A DNA stretch of 62,376 nt, counting the filler, from Chiloscyllium plagiosum (lineage: Eukaryota): NCBI RefSeq assembly GCF_004010195.1. It is 5 parts of one record of this genome, joined end to end, with 100 filler letters (N's around TTAATTAATTAA, not from the genome) between each part and the next. Parts side by side here need not be neighbours in the genome. Positions count along the whole stretch, not along the records: positions 34,791 to 43,367 come from NC_057712.1; positions 43,468 to 56,444 come from NC_057712.1; 3 more parts are not named here. One strand, 5' to 3'. Shown here in pieces: positions 38,570-52,466 of this stretch (the first letter of the stretch is position 1; each line of letters starts with the position of its first letter). Both the position numbers and the translations under genes were made by a program. The notes beneath the pieces are model-generated. The model ran no database searches. It saw nothing but the letters and a program-made list of their open reading frames with translations, and had not been told where the DNA came from.

Positions 38570-38848
38570 GACACAGTTCAGGCTGATGCTGCAATGCAAT
38601 ACTGACAGAGGGCTGTTCTGTTAAGGGTGTAGCGTTCACTCTCAGGCAGATGACAAAAAAAATTACGTGGCTCCTTTTCAAAGCAGCATCGCAAATATGT
38701 ATCCCTTGGCCAACACCAGTTCAAAAAAAATCTCACTATGGCTTTGCATAAAGTAGTTTTTGTGTTCTCTACGTTAGAACAGTGACTGCACTTCAGATTG
38801 GAATGTCCTGAGATGTGAAAGGTGGTGTTAAGCTGGAAGTTTGGTCTT
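38570..38848 (+). mobile_element. Decayed DeuSINE (SacSINE1/AmnSINE-like)
   Basis: aggctgatgctgcaatgcaatactga...ctctcaggcagatg...aacagtgactgcacttca...tgtcctgagatgtgaaaggtg resembles the recalled Deu-domain SINE consensus. Confidence 0.55.
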
Positions 38849-39319
38849 TAAATTTCATGGAGGAGGCAGCCACATGTGGCATGAGGCTACATATGATAAC
38901 ATCTATCCTCTTGATAAAGTAAACCAGCACTGCTTCATTGGTCAGTGCATTGAGAATTGGAGTTGGGACACCAAGCTACAACTGTTCAGGACATTGGTGA
39001 GGTCACTTTTGAAACCCTGCATTCAATTCTGGTCTCCCTTCTATAGGAAAGATATTGTTAAACTTGAAAGGGTTTAGAAAAGATTTATAAAGATGGGATT
39101 AGAGGGTTTGAGCTGTACAGAGAGGTTGCATAGTCTTGGGTGTTGGAGGCTGCAGGGTGAGCTTATTGGGTTTGGAAAATCCTGACGGGCTTTGGCATAG
39201 GGATGGGCACGTAATAGGGATCGGCTGAATGTTACAATTTCCAAGTGAGTGACACCGAAAATGTTGTTTAAAGTGGGAATTGAGAACAAAGGGATCTGAG
39301 GGGTTCTAACTCTGGGTGA

Positions 39320-40145
39320 AGGGGAGGACTGCAAGTGCTGGAGATCAGAGTCTGGATCAGAGTGGTGCTGGAAAAACACAGCAGGTCAGGCAGCATCCGA
39401 GGAGCAGGAAAATCGATGTTTCAGGCAAAAGCCTTTCATCAGGAATGAGGCAGGGAGTTTCCGGGGTGGAGAGATAAATGGGAGGGGGTGGGGCTGGGGA
39501 GAAGGTAGCCAAGAGTACAATAGGGGAATGGAAGTGGAGATGGAGGTGATAGGTCAGAGAGGAGGGTGGAGCGGGTAGGTGGGAAGGGAGATTGGCAGGT
39601 GGGACAGGTCATGGGGACAGTGCTGAGCTGGAAGGTTGGAACTGAGGTAAGGTGGGGGAAGGGGAAATGAGGAAACTGGTGAAGTCCACATTGATGCCCT
39701 GGGGTTGAAGTGTTCCAAGGCGGAAGATGAGACGTTCTTCCTCCAGGCGNNNNNNNNNNNNNNNNNNNNNNNNNNNNNNNNNNNNNNNTGTGGGCGCAGG
39801 TTTTGCAATTCCTGCGGTGGCAGGGGAAGGTGCCAGGACGGGAGGGTGGGTTGTAGGGGGGGTGTCAACCTGACCAGGTAGTCATGGAGGGAACGGTCTT
39901 TGTGAAAGGCAGAAAGGGGTGGGGAGGGAAATATATCCCTGGTGGTGGGGTCTGTTTGGAGGTGGCGGGAATGTTGGCAGATGATTTGATTTATGTGGAG
40001 GTTGGTAGGGTGGAAGGTGAGCACCAGGGGGTTCCTGTCCTTGTTACAGTTGGAGGAGTGGGGTTTGAGGGCAGAGGTGCGGGATGTGGACGAGATGTGT
40101 TGTAGGGCATCTTTAACCACGTGGGAAGGGAAATTACAGGTTCTA
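39320..40145 (-). mobile_element. Penelope-like (Neptune-type) 3' end with pLTR
   Basis: PLVLTFHP, CRNCKTCAH linker, LEEERLIFRLGTLQPQGINVDF (GIY-YIG C-terminus). Followed by the same pLTR found in the short palindromes. Contains a 39-N gap. Confidence 0.9.
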
Positions 40146-41476
40146 ATTATGGTTTACAGCAAGAAATAAACTCTCAAGAGTGAGAGGTGAGTGGGAGAGG
40201 ATGAAAAAAATCCTAATATATCGAAGCAGAGTTAAGCCATTCAGTCCATCGAGCCTGCTCTGTCATTCAATCATAGCTGATATATTTCTCAGCTCCATTC
40301 CCTTACAGAAGATAGAGAGTTCAGATAAGGGGGCCATTTTCAGGAATGACAACCAACAACTTGTGGAATGCCCCAGGAATCACTGTTTAGAAGAATCAAA
40401 GTGATCTCATTGAAAGATACAAGGTTCTTAGACTTGATGGGGTTGCTGCAGACTGCTTCCCTTTGTGAGAGAGTGTTGGACCATGGTGTATAATCTCAGA
40501 ATGATGGGTCACCCTTTTAAGACAGATACAAGGAGGAATTTCTTCTCCAAGACGGTAGTGAATTTGTAGAATTTATTACCACACGGAACTGTTTAGACTG
40601 GGTCATCCAGTACATTCAAGGCTGTGTGTAACTTGAAAGAGAACTTGCAAGTAGTGGTGTTTCCATGAATCTGTTGCATTTGTCCTTTTAGGTGATCGAG
40701 GTCGAAAGTTTGGAAGGTGCTACGGAGAAACCTTGCAAAGTTGCTACAATGCATCCTACTGATGCTAACATTGCTGTCTCCAGCATTGTACACAGCTTAA
40801 CATTGTACCTGGGTGATGGAAAGTATGAATGTTGAAGATGATGAATAAGGGTACTAATCAAATGGACTGCTTTGACCTGCACGGTGTCAAGCTTCTTGAA
40901 TGTTATTGAAGTTTCACTCATGTTGGTTCTCAAAATTAAGGACCATGGAAAAGGAGAATCAAGTGTTGCCTAAGATTAAAAAAAATTGCTTTAAAGATAT
41001 AAACAGATAGATGTTTTGAATGATTGATTTTTATAGCACAGGCAGTTGCCTTTCCCAAGGTTCATTTCCAGGATCATTGATTTTAGTATATATTGGACAT
41101 GGATACTGGAATATAAAACAACATTGAAAACATTTCCAAAGATGCCAAACTAGAAAGTAAAATAGATGGGGCAGAGGCTGGAAGAACACAGCAAGCCAAT
41201 CGATCAGAATCTCTTTGTAATCTTAGAATGCTTTCTTCACTGTTCGCCAAACTCCCATCACAAATTTACTAACCATGCCTCCGATACTCTCATCCAAATT
41301 ATTGATATAAATGCCAAACAAAAGCTAACCCAGCACCGATCCCTGTGGAACACCATTGATTTCCACGTCCCCCACCACCTCCCGCTGTCTTATACCATCA
41401 ATTTTGTCGTGAATTGGAAAGCTCTTCATGAACTCAATGTGATCTAACTTTACTAATTAGTCTACCACGAGGAACC

Positions 41477-41554
41477 TTGTCAAGAGACAGTACAGTGTTT
41501 AGACCTGTTTCTGGGGAAAGACGCTACGCAGATGGTCAGGTAGCAGCAGGGGAG
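41477..41554 (+). mobile_element. CR1 endonuclease sequence immediately upstream of the SDH motif (left flank of the satellite)
   Basis: ttagacctgtttctggggaaa...gtagcagcaggggagcat gives LDLFLGK...VAAGEH (frameshifted), equivalent to CR1 LDLVLGN...VSVGEH. Confidence 0.8.
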
Positions 41555-42897
41555 CATTTTAATAATAGTGATCACAACACCATATATTTTAGTAATAGTG
41601 ATCACAGCACCTTATGTTTAATAATAGTGACTACAGCATTGTATATTATAATAATAGTGATCACAGCACCGTATATTTAATAATAGTGATTACTGCATTG
41701 TATATTTTAATAATAGTGACCACAGCATTGTATATGTTAATAATAGCGATCACAGCACTGTATATTTTAATTCTAGTGACCACAGTATTGTATATGTTAA
41801 TAATAGTGATCACAGCACTGCATATTTTAATAATAGTGACTACGGAACTGTATATTTTAATAATAGTGATCACAATACTGTATATTTTAATAATAGTGAC
41901 TACAGTACTGTATATTTTAATAATAGTGATCACAGCACGGTATATTTTTTAATAGTGATCAGAGCACTGTATATTTTAATAATAGTAACCACAGAACTGC
42001 ATATATTTTAATAATAGTGACTACAACATTTTATATTTTAATAATAGTGACCACAGCACCATACACTTTGGTAATAGCGACCACAGCACCATGTATTTTA
42101 ATAATAGTGAGCACATGACCATATATTTTAATAATAGTGACCATTGCACCATATATTTTAATAATAGTGATCGCAGCACCGTATATTTTAGTAATAGCGA
42201 CCACAGCACCGTATATTTTAATAATATGGAATACAGCACCGTATATTTTAATAATAGTGATCACAGCACCATATATTTTAGTAATAGTGACCACAGCACT
42301 GTATGTTTTAAAAATATTTTCCACAGCATTGTATATTTTAATTATAGTGATCACAGCACCATATATTTTAATAATAGCGACTACAGCATTGTATATTTTA
42401 ATAACAATGATCACAGCACTGTATATTTTAATAATAGTGACCACAGCACCATGTAATTTAATAATAGTGATCACAGCACCATATATTTTAATAATAGCAA
42501 CTACAGCATTGTATATTTTAATAATAGTAATCACAGCAGAGTACATTTTAATAATAGTGACCATAGCACTGTATATTTTAATAATAGTGATCACAGCACC
42601 ATATATTTTAATAATAGTGACTACAGCATTGTATATTTAATAATAGTGATCACAAGACTGTATATTTTAATAATAGTGACTACAGCATTGTATATTTTAA
42701 TAATAGTGATCACAGAACCGTATCTTTTAATAATAGTGATTACAGCACTGTATATTTTAATAGCAGTGATCACAGCACCGTATATTTTAGTAATAGTGAC
42801 CACGGCACCGTATATTTTAATAATAGTGAATACAGCACTGCGTATTTTAATAATAGTGACTACAGCACCATATATTTTACTAATAGTGACTACAGCA

Positions 42898-43152
42898 CTA
42901 CTATCATAGGGCAAGCCAGACAGAGAACAGCCAGGGAATTCCTAGAGGCATGGCATCTCTTCTGTCAGTCCATTGTTCCTGAGTGTGCATTCTAGTGCTG
43001 CTAGGTCAAAGAAGCGCTTCGCAGGAGGCTCCCAAGCACTGATGATGTCGCCTAGCCAGGGGACGAAACGTTTGCAACAAAAACTTCCAGCTCGGCGAAC
43101 AGAACCACAACAACGAGCACCCGAGCTACAAATCTTCGCACAAACTTTAAAC
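42898..43152 (+). mobile_element. Penelope-like 3' fragment/pLTR inserted in the satellite
   Basis: TTIIGQARQRTAREFLEAWH, then pLTR with gcaCTGATGAtgtcgcctagccaggggacGAAACGTTtgc (43036-43075). Confidence 0.9.
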
Positions 43153-43367
43153 AATGTATATTTTTATAATAGTGATCACAGCACCATATATTTTGCTAAT
43201 AGTGACGACAACATTGTATATTTTTATAATAGTGATCACAGCACTGTATATTTAATTAGCAGTGATCACAGCACTGTTTATTTTATTAATAGTGACCGCA
43301 GCACTGTATATTTTAATAACAGTGACTACATTACCATGTATTTTAATAATAGTGACCACAGCACCAT

Positions 43368-43467
43368 NNNNNNNNNNNNNNNNNNNNNNNNNNNNNNNNN
43401 NNNNNNNNNNNTTAATTAATTAANNNNNNNNNNNNNNNNNNNNNNNNNNNNNNNNNNNNNNNNNNNN
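43368..43467. other. Artificial contig linker inside the satellite
   Basis: N44-TTAATTAATTAA-N44. Confidence 0.97.
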
Positions 43468-46400
43468 TTTAATAATAGTGACTACAGTACTGTATATCTT
43501 AACAATAGAGACGACAACATCATATATTTTAGTAATAGTGACCACAGCACCGTATGTTTTAATAATAGTGATCACAACACCATATATTTTAATAATAGTG
43601 ATTACAGCACTGTATATTTTAAAAATAGTGACTACATTACTGCATATTTTAGTAATAGATATCACAGCACTGTATATTTTAATAACAGTGACTACATTAC
43701 CATGTATTTTAATAATAGTGACCACAGCACCATATATTTTAATAATACTGATCACAGTACCATATGTTTTAATAATAGTGATCGCCGCACTGTTTATTTT
43801 AATAATAGTGACTACAGCATTGTATATTTAATAATAGTGACTACAGTACTGTATATCTTAACAATAGAGACGACAACATCATATATTTTAGTAATAGTGA
43901 CCACAGCACCGTATGTTTTAATAATAGTGATCACAACACCATATATTTTAATAATAGTGATTACAGCACTGTATATTTTAAAAATAGTGACTACATTACT
44001 GCATATTTTAGTAATAGATATCACAGCACTGTATATTTTAATAACAGTGACTACATTACCATGTATTTTAATAATAGTGACCACAGCACCATATGTTTTA
44101 ATAATAGTGATCGCCGCACTGTATATTTTAATAATAGTGACTACAGTACTGTATATCTTAACAATAGAGACGACAACATCATATATTTTAGTAATAGTGA
44201 CCACAGCACCGTATGTTTTAATAATAGTGATCACAACACCATATATTTTAATAATAGTGATTACAGCACTGTATATTTTAAAAATAGTGACTACATTACT
44301 GCATATTTTAGTAATAGATATCACAGCACTGTATATTTTAATAATAGTGACTACAGTACTGTATATCTTAACAATAGAGACGACAACATCATATATTTTA
44401 GTAATAGTGACCACAGCACCGTATGTTTTAATAATAGTGATCACAACACCATATATTTTAATAATAGTGATTACAGCACTGTATATTTTAAAAATAGTGA
44501 CTACATTACTGCATATTTTAGTAATAGATATCACAGGCATTGTATATTTAATAATAGTGACTACAGTACTGTATATCTTAACAATAGAGACGACAACATC
44601 ATATATTTTAGTAATAGTGACCACAGCACCGTATGTTTTAATAATAGTGATCACAACACCATATATTTTAATAATAGTGACCACAGCACCATATATTTTA
44701 ATAATACTGATCACAGTACCATATGTTTTAATAATAGTGATCGCCGCACTCTGTATTTTAATAATAGTGACCACAGCACCGTATATTTTTATAATAGTGA
44801 TCACAGCACCGTGTGTTTTGCTAATAGTGACGACAACATTGTATATTTTAATAATAGCGACCACAGCGCTGCATATATTTTAATAATAGTGACCTCAGCA
44901 TTGTATATTTTAATAATAGTGATCACAACACCATATATTTTAATAATAGTGATTACAGCACTGTATATTTTAAAAATAGTGACTACATTACTGCATATTT
45001 TAGTAATAGATATCACAGCACTGTATATTTTAATAATAGTGACCACGGCACCGTATATATTGGTAATAGCGACCACAGCACCATTTAATTTAATAATAGT
45101 GGTCACATGACTATATATTTCAATAATAGTGACCACTGCACCATATATTTTAATAACAGTGATCACAGCACTGTACATTTTAATAATAGTAACCACAGCA
45201 CTGCATATATTTTAATAATAGTGACCACAACATAATATACTTTAATAATAGTGATCACAGCACCGTATGTTTTAATAATAGTGATCACCGCACTGTATAT
45301 TTTAATAATAGTGACCACTGCACTGTATATTTCTATAATAGTGATCACACACTGTATATTTAATTAGCAGTGATCACAGCACTGCACCGTATAGTCATCA
45401 CTGCACCGTATGTTTTAATAATAGTGATCACCACACTGTATATTTTAATAATAGTGACTACAGCACTGTATATTTTTATAATAGTGATCACAGCACTGTA
45501 TATTTTAATAATAGTGTTCACCGCACTGTATATTTTAATAATAGTGACTACAGCACTGTATATTTTTATAATAGTGAGCACAGCACTGTATATTTTAATA
45601 ATAGTGACCGCAGCACTGTATATTTTAATAACAGTTACTACATTACCATGTATTTTAATAATAGTGACCACAGCAACATATATTTTAGTAATAGATATCA
45701 CAGCACAGTGGATTTTAATAATAGTGACCATAGCACTGTGTTTATTAGTAATAGTGATCACAGCACATTATATTTTAATAATAGTGACCACAGCACCGTA
45801 CACTTTGGTAATAGCGGCCACAGCACCGTGTATTTTAATAATAGTGGCCACGGCACCGTATATTTTGGTAATAGCGACCACAGCAGCATGAAATTTAACA
45901 ATAGTGATCACATGACTATATATTTCAATAATAGTGACCACTGCACCATATATTTTAAAAACAGTGATCGCAGCACTGTATATTTTAATAATAGTGACCA
46001 CAGCGCTGCATATATTTTAATAATAGTGACCTCAGCACTGTATATTTTAAAAATAGTGACTACATTACTGTATATTTTAATAATAGTGATCACAGCACCA
46101 TATATTTTAATAATAGTGACTACAGCACCATGTGCATTTTAATAATATTCATCACAGCAACATATATCTTAATAATAGTGACTATAGCACTGCATATTTG
46201 ATAATAGTGATCACAAGACTGTATATTTTAATAATAGTGACGACAGCACCATATATTTTAATAATAGTGATGACAGCATTGTATATTTTAGTAATAGTGG
46301 CCACAGCACCGTATGTTTTAATAATAGTTAAATAATAGTGATCACCGCACTCTATATTTTAATAATAGTGGCCACAGCACCGTATATTTTTATAATAGTG

Positions 46401-49400
46401 ATCACAGCAACGTATATTTTAATAATAGTGACTACATTACTGTATATTTTAATAATAATGACCACAGCAATGCATATTTTAGTAATAGATATCACAGCAC
46501 TGTATATTTTAATAATAGTGACCATGGCACCATATATTTTGGTAATAGCGACCACAGCACCATGTAATTTAATAATAGTGATCACATGACTATATATTTC
46601 AATAATAGTGACCACTGCACCATACATTTTAATAATAGTGATAACAGCACTGTACATTTTAATAATAGTGACCACAGCACTGCATATATTTTAGTAAAAG
46701 TGATCACAGCACTGTATATTTTAATAATAGTGATCACAATACTGTATATTTTAATAATAGTGACCACAGTATTGTATATTTTAACAATAGTGATCACAAC
46801 ACCGTATATTTTAATAATAGTGACTACATTACCATATATTTTAATAATAGTGATCACAACAACATATATTTTAATAATAGTGATTACAGCACTGTATATT
46901 TTAATAATACTGACTACATTACCATATATTTTAATAATAGTGACCACAACAACGTATATTTTAGCAATAGTGATCACAGCACTGTATATTTTAATTATAG
47001 TGACCAAGGCACCATATATTTTGGTAATAGCCACCACAGCACCGGGTAATTTAGTAATAGTGACTACATTACTGAATATTTTAATAATAGTGACTACAGC
47101 ACCATGTAATTTAATAATAGTCATCACTGCACCGTATGTTTTAATAATAGTGATCACCGCACTGTATATTTTAATAATAGTGACTACAGCACTGTATATT
47201 TTTATAATAGTGAGCACAGCACTGTATATTTTAATAATAGTGATGATAGCACTGTATATTTTATTAATAGTGATAACAGCACCGTATATTTTAATAATAC
47301 AGATCACAGCACCATTTATTTTAATAATAGTGACGACAGCACAATGTATATTTTAATAATATTGATCACAGCACCATATAGTCTAATAATAGTGACTACA
47401 GCATTGCATATTTAATAATAGTGATCACAAGACTGTATATTTTAATAATAGTGACTACATTACTGTATATTTTAATAATAGTGACCACAGTACCGTATAT
47501 TTTTATAATAGTGATCACCGGACTGTATATTTTAATAATAATGATCACAACACCGTATATTTTAATAATAGTGACCACAGCACCATATATTTTTATAATA
47601 GTGATCACAGCACTGTATATTTTAATAATAGTGTGGACACCACTGTATATTTTATCAATAGTGATCACAGCACTGTATATTTTAATATTAATGATCACAA
47701 CACCGTATATTTTAATAATAGTGACCGCAGCACTGTATATTTTAATAATAGTGACAACATTACTGTATATTTTAATAATAGTGACCATAGCACCGTATAT
47801 TTTAGTAATAGATATCACTGCACTGAATATTTTAATAATAGTGACCACGGCACCGTATATATTGGTAATAGCGAACACAGCACCATGCAATTTAATAATA
47901 GTGATCACATGACTATGTATTTCAACAATAATGGCCACTCCACCATATATTTTAATAATAGTGATCACAGTACTGTACATTTAATAATAGTGACCACAGC
48001 ACTGCATATATTTTAATAACAGTAATCACAGCACTGTATATTTTAGTGATGACAGCACTGTATATTTTATTAATAGTGACCAAAGCACCGTCTATTTTAA
48101 TAATAGTGATCACAGCACCATATATTTTAATAATAGTGACTACAGCATTGTATATTTAATAATAGTGATCACAAGACTGTACATGTTAATAATAGTGACT
48201 ACAGCACCATATATTTTAATAATAGTGACTACAACATTGTATATGTTAATAATAGTGATCCCAGCACTGTATATTTTAATAATAGTGACTACATTACAGT
48301 ATATTTTAATAATAGTGACCATAGCACTGTATATTTTAGTAATAGATATCACAGCACTGTATATTTTAATAATAGTGGCCACGACACCGTATATATTGGT
48401 AATAGCGAACACAGCACCATGTAATTTAATAATAGTGATCACATGACTATATATTTCAATAATAATGACCATGGAACCATATATTTTAATAATAGTGACC
48501 ACAGCACTGCATATATTTTAATAACAGTAATCACAGCACTGTATATTTTAATAATAGTGATCACAGCACTGTGTGTTTTAATAATAGTGATCACCGCACT
48601 GTATATTTTAATAATAGTGACCACAGCACTGTATATTTTTATAATAGTGATCACAGCACTGTATATTTTAATAATAGTGATGACAGCACAGTATATTTTA
48701 ATAATAGTGATGACATCACTGTATATTTTATTAATAGTAACCAAAGCACCGTCTATTTTAATAATAATGATCACAGCACCATATATTTTAATAATAGTGA
48801 CTACAGCATTGTACATTTAATAATAGTGATCACAAGACTGTATATTTTAATAATAGTGACTACAGCATTGTATATGTAATAATAGTGATCACAAGACTGT
48901 ACATTTTAATAATAGTGACTACAGCACCATATATTTTAATAATAGTGACTACAGCATTGTATATTTTAATAATAGAGATCACGGCACCATATATTTTAAT
49001 AATAGTGACCATAGCACCATATCTTTTAGTAATAGTGATCATAGCACTGTATATTTTAATAATAGTGACCATGGCACCATATATTTTGGTAATAGTGACC
49101 ACAGCACCGTTTAATTTAATAAAAGTGATCACAGCACCATATATTTTAATAATAGTGATCACAACACTATATATTTTAATAGTAGTGACCACAGCATTGT
49201 ATATTTTAATAATAGTGATCACAACACCGTATATTTTAATAATAGTGATTACAGCACTGTATATATTAATAATAGTGACCACAGCAACGTATATTTTACT
49301 AATAGTGATCACAGCACTGAATATTTTAATAATAGTGACCATAGCACAGTATATTTTAGTAATAGTGATCATGGCACTGTATATTTTAATAATAGTGACC

Positions 49401-52400
49401 ACGGCACCGTATAATTTGGTAATAGTGACCACAGCACTGGGTAATTTAGTAATAGTGATCACATGACCATATATTTCAATAATAGTGACCACTGCACCAT
49501 ATATTTTAATAATAGCGATCACAACACTGTACATTTTTATAATAGTGACTACAGTACTGTATATTTTAATAATAGTGATCACAGCACGGTATGTCAGCAC
49601 GGTATGTTTTTTAATAATGATCAAAGCACTGTATATTTTAATAATAGTAACCACAGCACTGCATATATTTTAATAATAGTGAATACAACATTTTATATTT
49701 TAATAATAGTGATCACAGCACCGTATACTTTATTAATATTGATTACAGCACTGTAAACTTTAATAATACTGACTACAGCATTGTATATTTTAATAATAGT
49801 GAGCACAGTACCGTAAACTTTAATAATAGTAACTACAGCATTGTATAATTTAATAATAGTGATCACAGCACTGCATATATTTTAATAATAGTGACTACAG
49901 CACCATATATTTTACTTATATTGACTACAGCATTGTATATTTTAGTAATAGTGACCACATCACTGTATATTCTAATAATAGTGATCACAGCACCATATAT
50001 TTTAATGATAGTGATCACAGCACTGTATATTTTAATAATAGTGACTAGAGAATTGTATAATTTAATAATAGTGACTGCAGCACTGTATATTTTAATAATA
50101 GTGACCACAACGCCATATATTTTAGTAATAGTGACTACAGTACTGTATATTTTAACAATAGTGACCGCACCACCGTATATTTTAGTAATAGTGATCACAG
50201 CACCATATATTTTAATAATAGTGATGACAGCATTGTATATTTTAATAATAGTGATCACAGCACTGTATATTTTAATAATAGTGACTACATTACCATAAAT
50301 TTTAATAATAGTGACCACAGCACCGTATATTTTGGTAATAGCGACCACAGCACCATGTAATTTAATAATAGTGATCACATGACTATATATTTCAATAATA
50401 GTGACCACTGCACCATATAGTTTAATAATAGTGACCACAGCACTGCATATATTTTAATAATAGTGACCACAACACCGTATATTTTAATAATAGTGACCAC
50501 AGCATTGTATATTTTAATAATAGTGATCACAACATCGCATATTTTAATAATAGTGATTACAGCACTGAATATTTTAATAATAGCGACCGTAGCACTGTAT
50601 ATTTAAAAAGTAGTGACTACATTACTGTATATTTTAATAATAGTGACCACAGCACCATTTAATTTAATAATAGTGACAACAGCGCCATATATTTTAATAA
50701 TAGTGACCATAGCACCGTATATTTTAATAATAGTGATCACAGCACCATATATTTTAATAATAGTGACTACAACACCATGTATATTTTAATAATATTGATC
50801 ACAGCACCAGATATTTTAATAATAGTGATTACATCACTGTATATTTTAATGATGGTGACCGTAGCACTGTATATTTAAAAAATAGTGACTGCATTACTGT
50901 ATATTTTAATAATAGTGACTACAGCACCATGTAATTTAATAATGGTGATCACAGCACTGTATGTTTTAATAATAGTGACCATAGCATCGTATATTTTAAT
51001 AATAGTGATCACCGCACCATATATTTTAATAATAGTGACCACGGCACCGTATATTTTGGTAATAGCGACCACAGCACCATGTAATTTAATAATAGTGATC
51101 ACATGACTATATATTTCAATAATAGTGACCATAGCACCATATATTTTAATAATAGTGATCACAGCACCGTATATTTTAATAATAGTGACCACAGCACCGT
51201 ATATTTTGGTAATAGAACCACAGCACCATGTAATTTAATAATAGTGATCACATGACTATATCTTTCAATAATAGTGACCACTGCACCATATACATTAATA
51301 ATAGTGATCACAGCACCATATATTTTAATAATAGTGACCACAGTACCGTATATTTTTATAATAGTGATCACCACACTGTATATTTTAATAATAATGATCA
51401 TAACAGCATATATTTTAATAATAGTGACCGCAGCACCATATATTTTTATAATCGTGATCACAGCACTATATATTTTAATAATAGTGAGGACAGCACTGTA
51501 TATTTTATTAATAGTGATCACAGCTCTGTATATTTTAATAATACTGATCATAGCACCGTATAATTAATAATAGTGGCCACAGCATTGTATATTTTAATAC
51601 TAGTGATCACAAGACTGTACATTTTAATAAAAGTGATCACAGCACGTATATTTTAATAATAGTGACCACAGCACCATATATTTTAGTAATAATGACCACA
51701 GCACTGTATATTTTAATAATATTTTCCACAGCATTGTATATTTTAATAATTGTGATCACAGCACTGCATATTTTAATAATAGTTAGGACAGCATTGTATA
51801 TGTTAATAATAGTGACCACAACACTGTGTATTTTAATAATACTGCCTACAACACCATATATTTTAATAATAGTGATCACGGCACCATATATTTTAATAAT
51901 AGTGATCACAGCACTGCATATTTTAATAATAGTGATCACAAAACCATATATTTTAATAATAGTGACCACAGCACCGTATATTTTAATAATAGTGATCATA
52001 GCACTGTGTATTTTAGCAATAGTGACCACAGTACTGTATATTTTAATAATAGTGACTACAATAACATATATTTTAATAATAGTGACCACGGCTCCATATA
52101 TTTTAATAATAGTGATCACAGCACTGTATATTTTCATAATAGTGACCACAATACCGTATATTTTAGTAATAGTGATCACAGCACCATTTAATTTAATAAT
52201 AGTGACCACAGCACTGTATTTTTTAATAATAGTGATCACAGCACCATATGTTTTAATAATAGTGTCCACAGCACCATATATTTTAATAATAGTGATTACA
52301 GCACTGTGTGTTTTAATAATAGTGACCACAGCACCATATATTTTAATAATAGTGACCACAGCATTGTATATTTTAATAATAATGACCACAACCCAGTATA

Positions 52401-52466
52401 TTTTAATAATAGTGATCACAGTGCCATATATTTTAATAATATTGATCACAGCACTGTATATTTTAA

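Larger units (their letters stand above)
41555..52466. repeat. 30-bp AT-rich satellite, ~350 units (consensus tattttaataatagtgaycacagcacygta)
   Basis: Continuous 30-nt periodicity with occasional 29/31-nt units. Interrupted by a Penelope fragment and one contig linker. Confidence 0.98.

Noticed and set aside
41555..52466. CRISPR-like array
   Set aside because: Units are head-to-tail with no unique spacers, there are no cas genes, and the context is eukaryotic.
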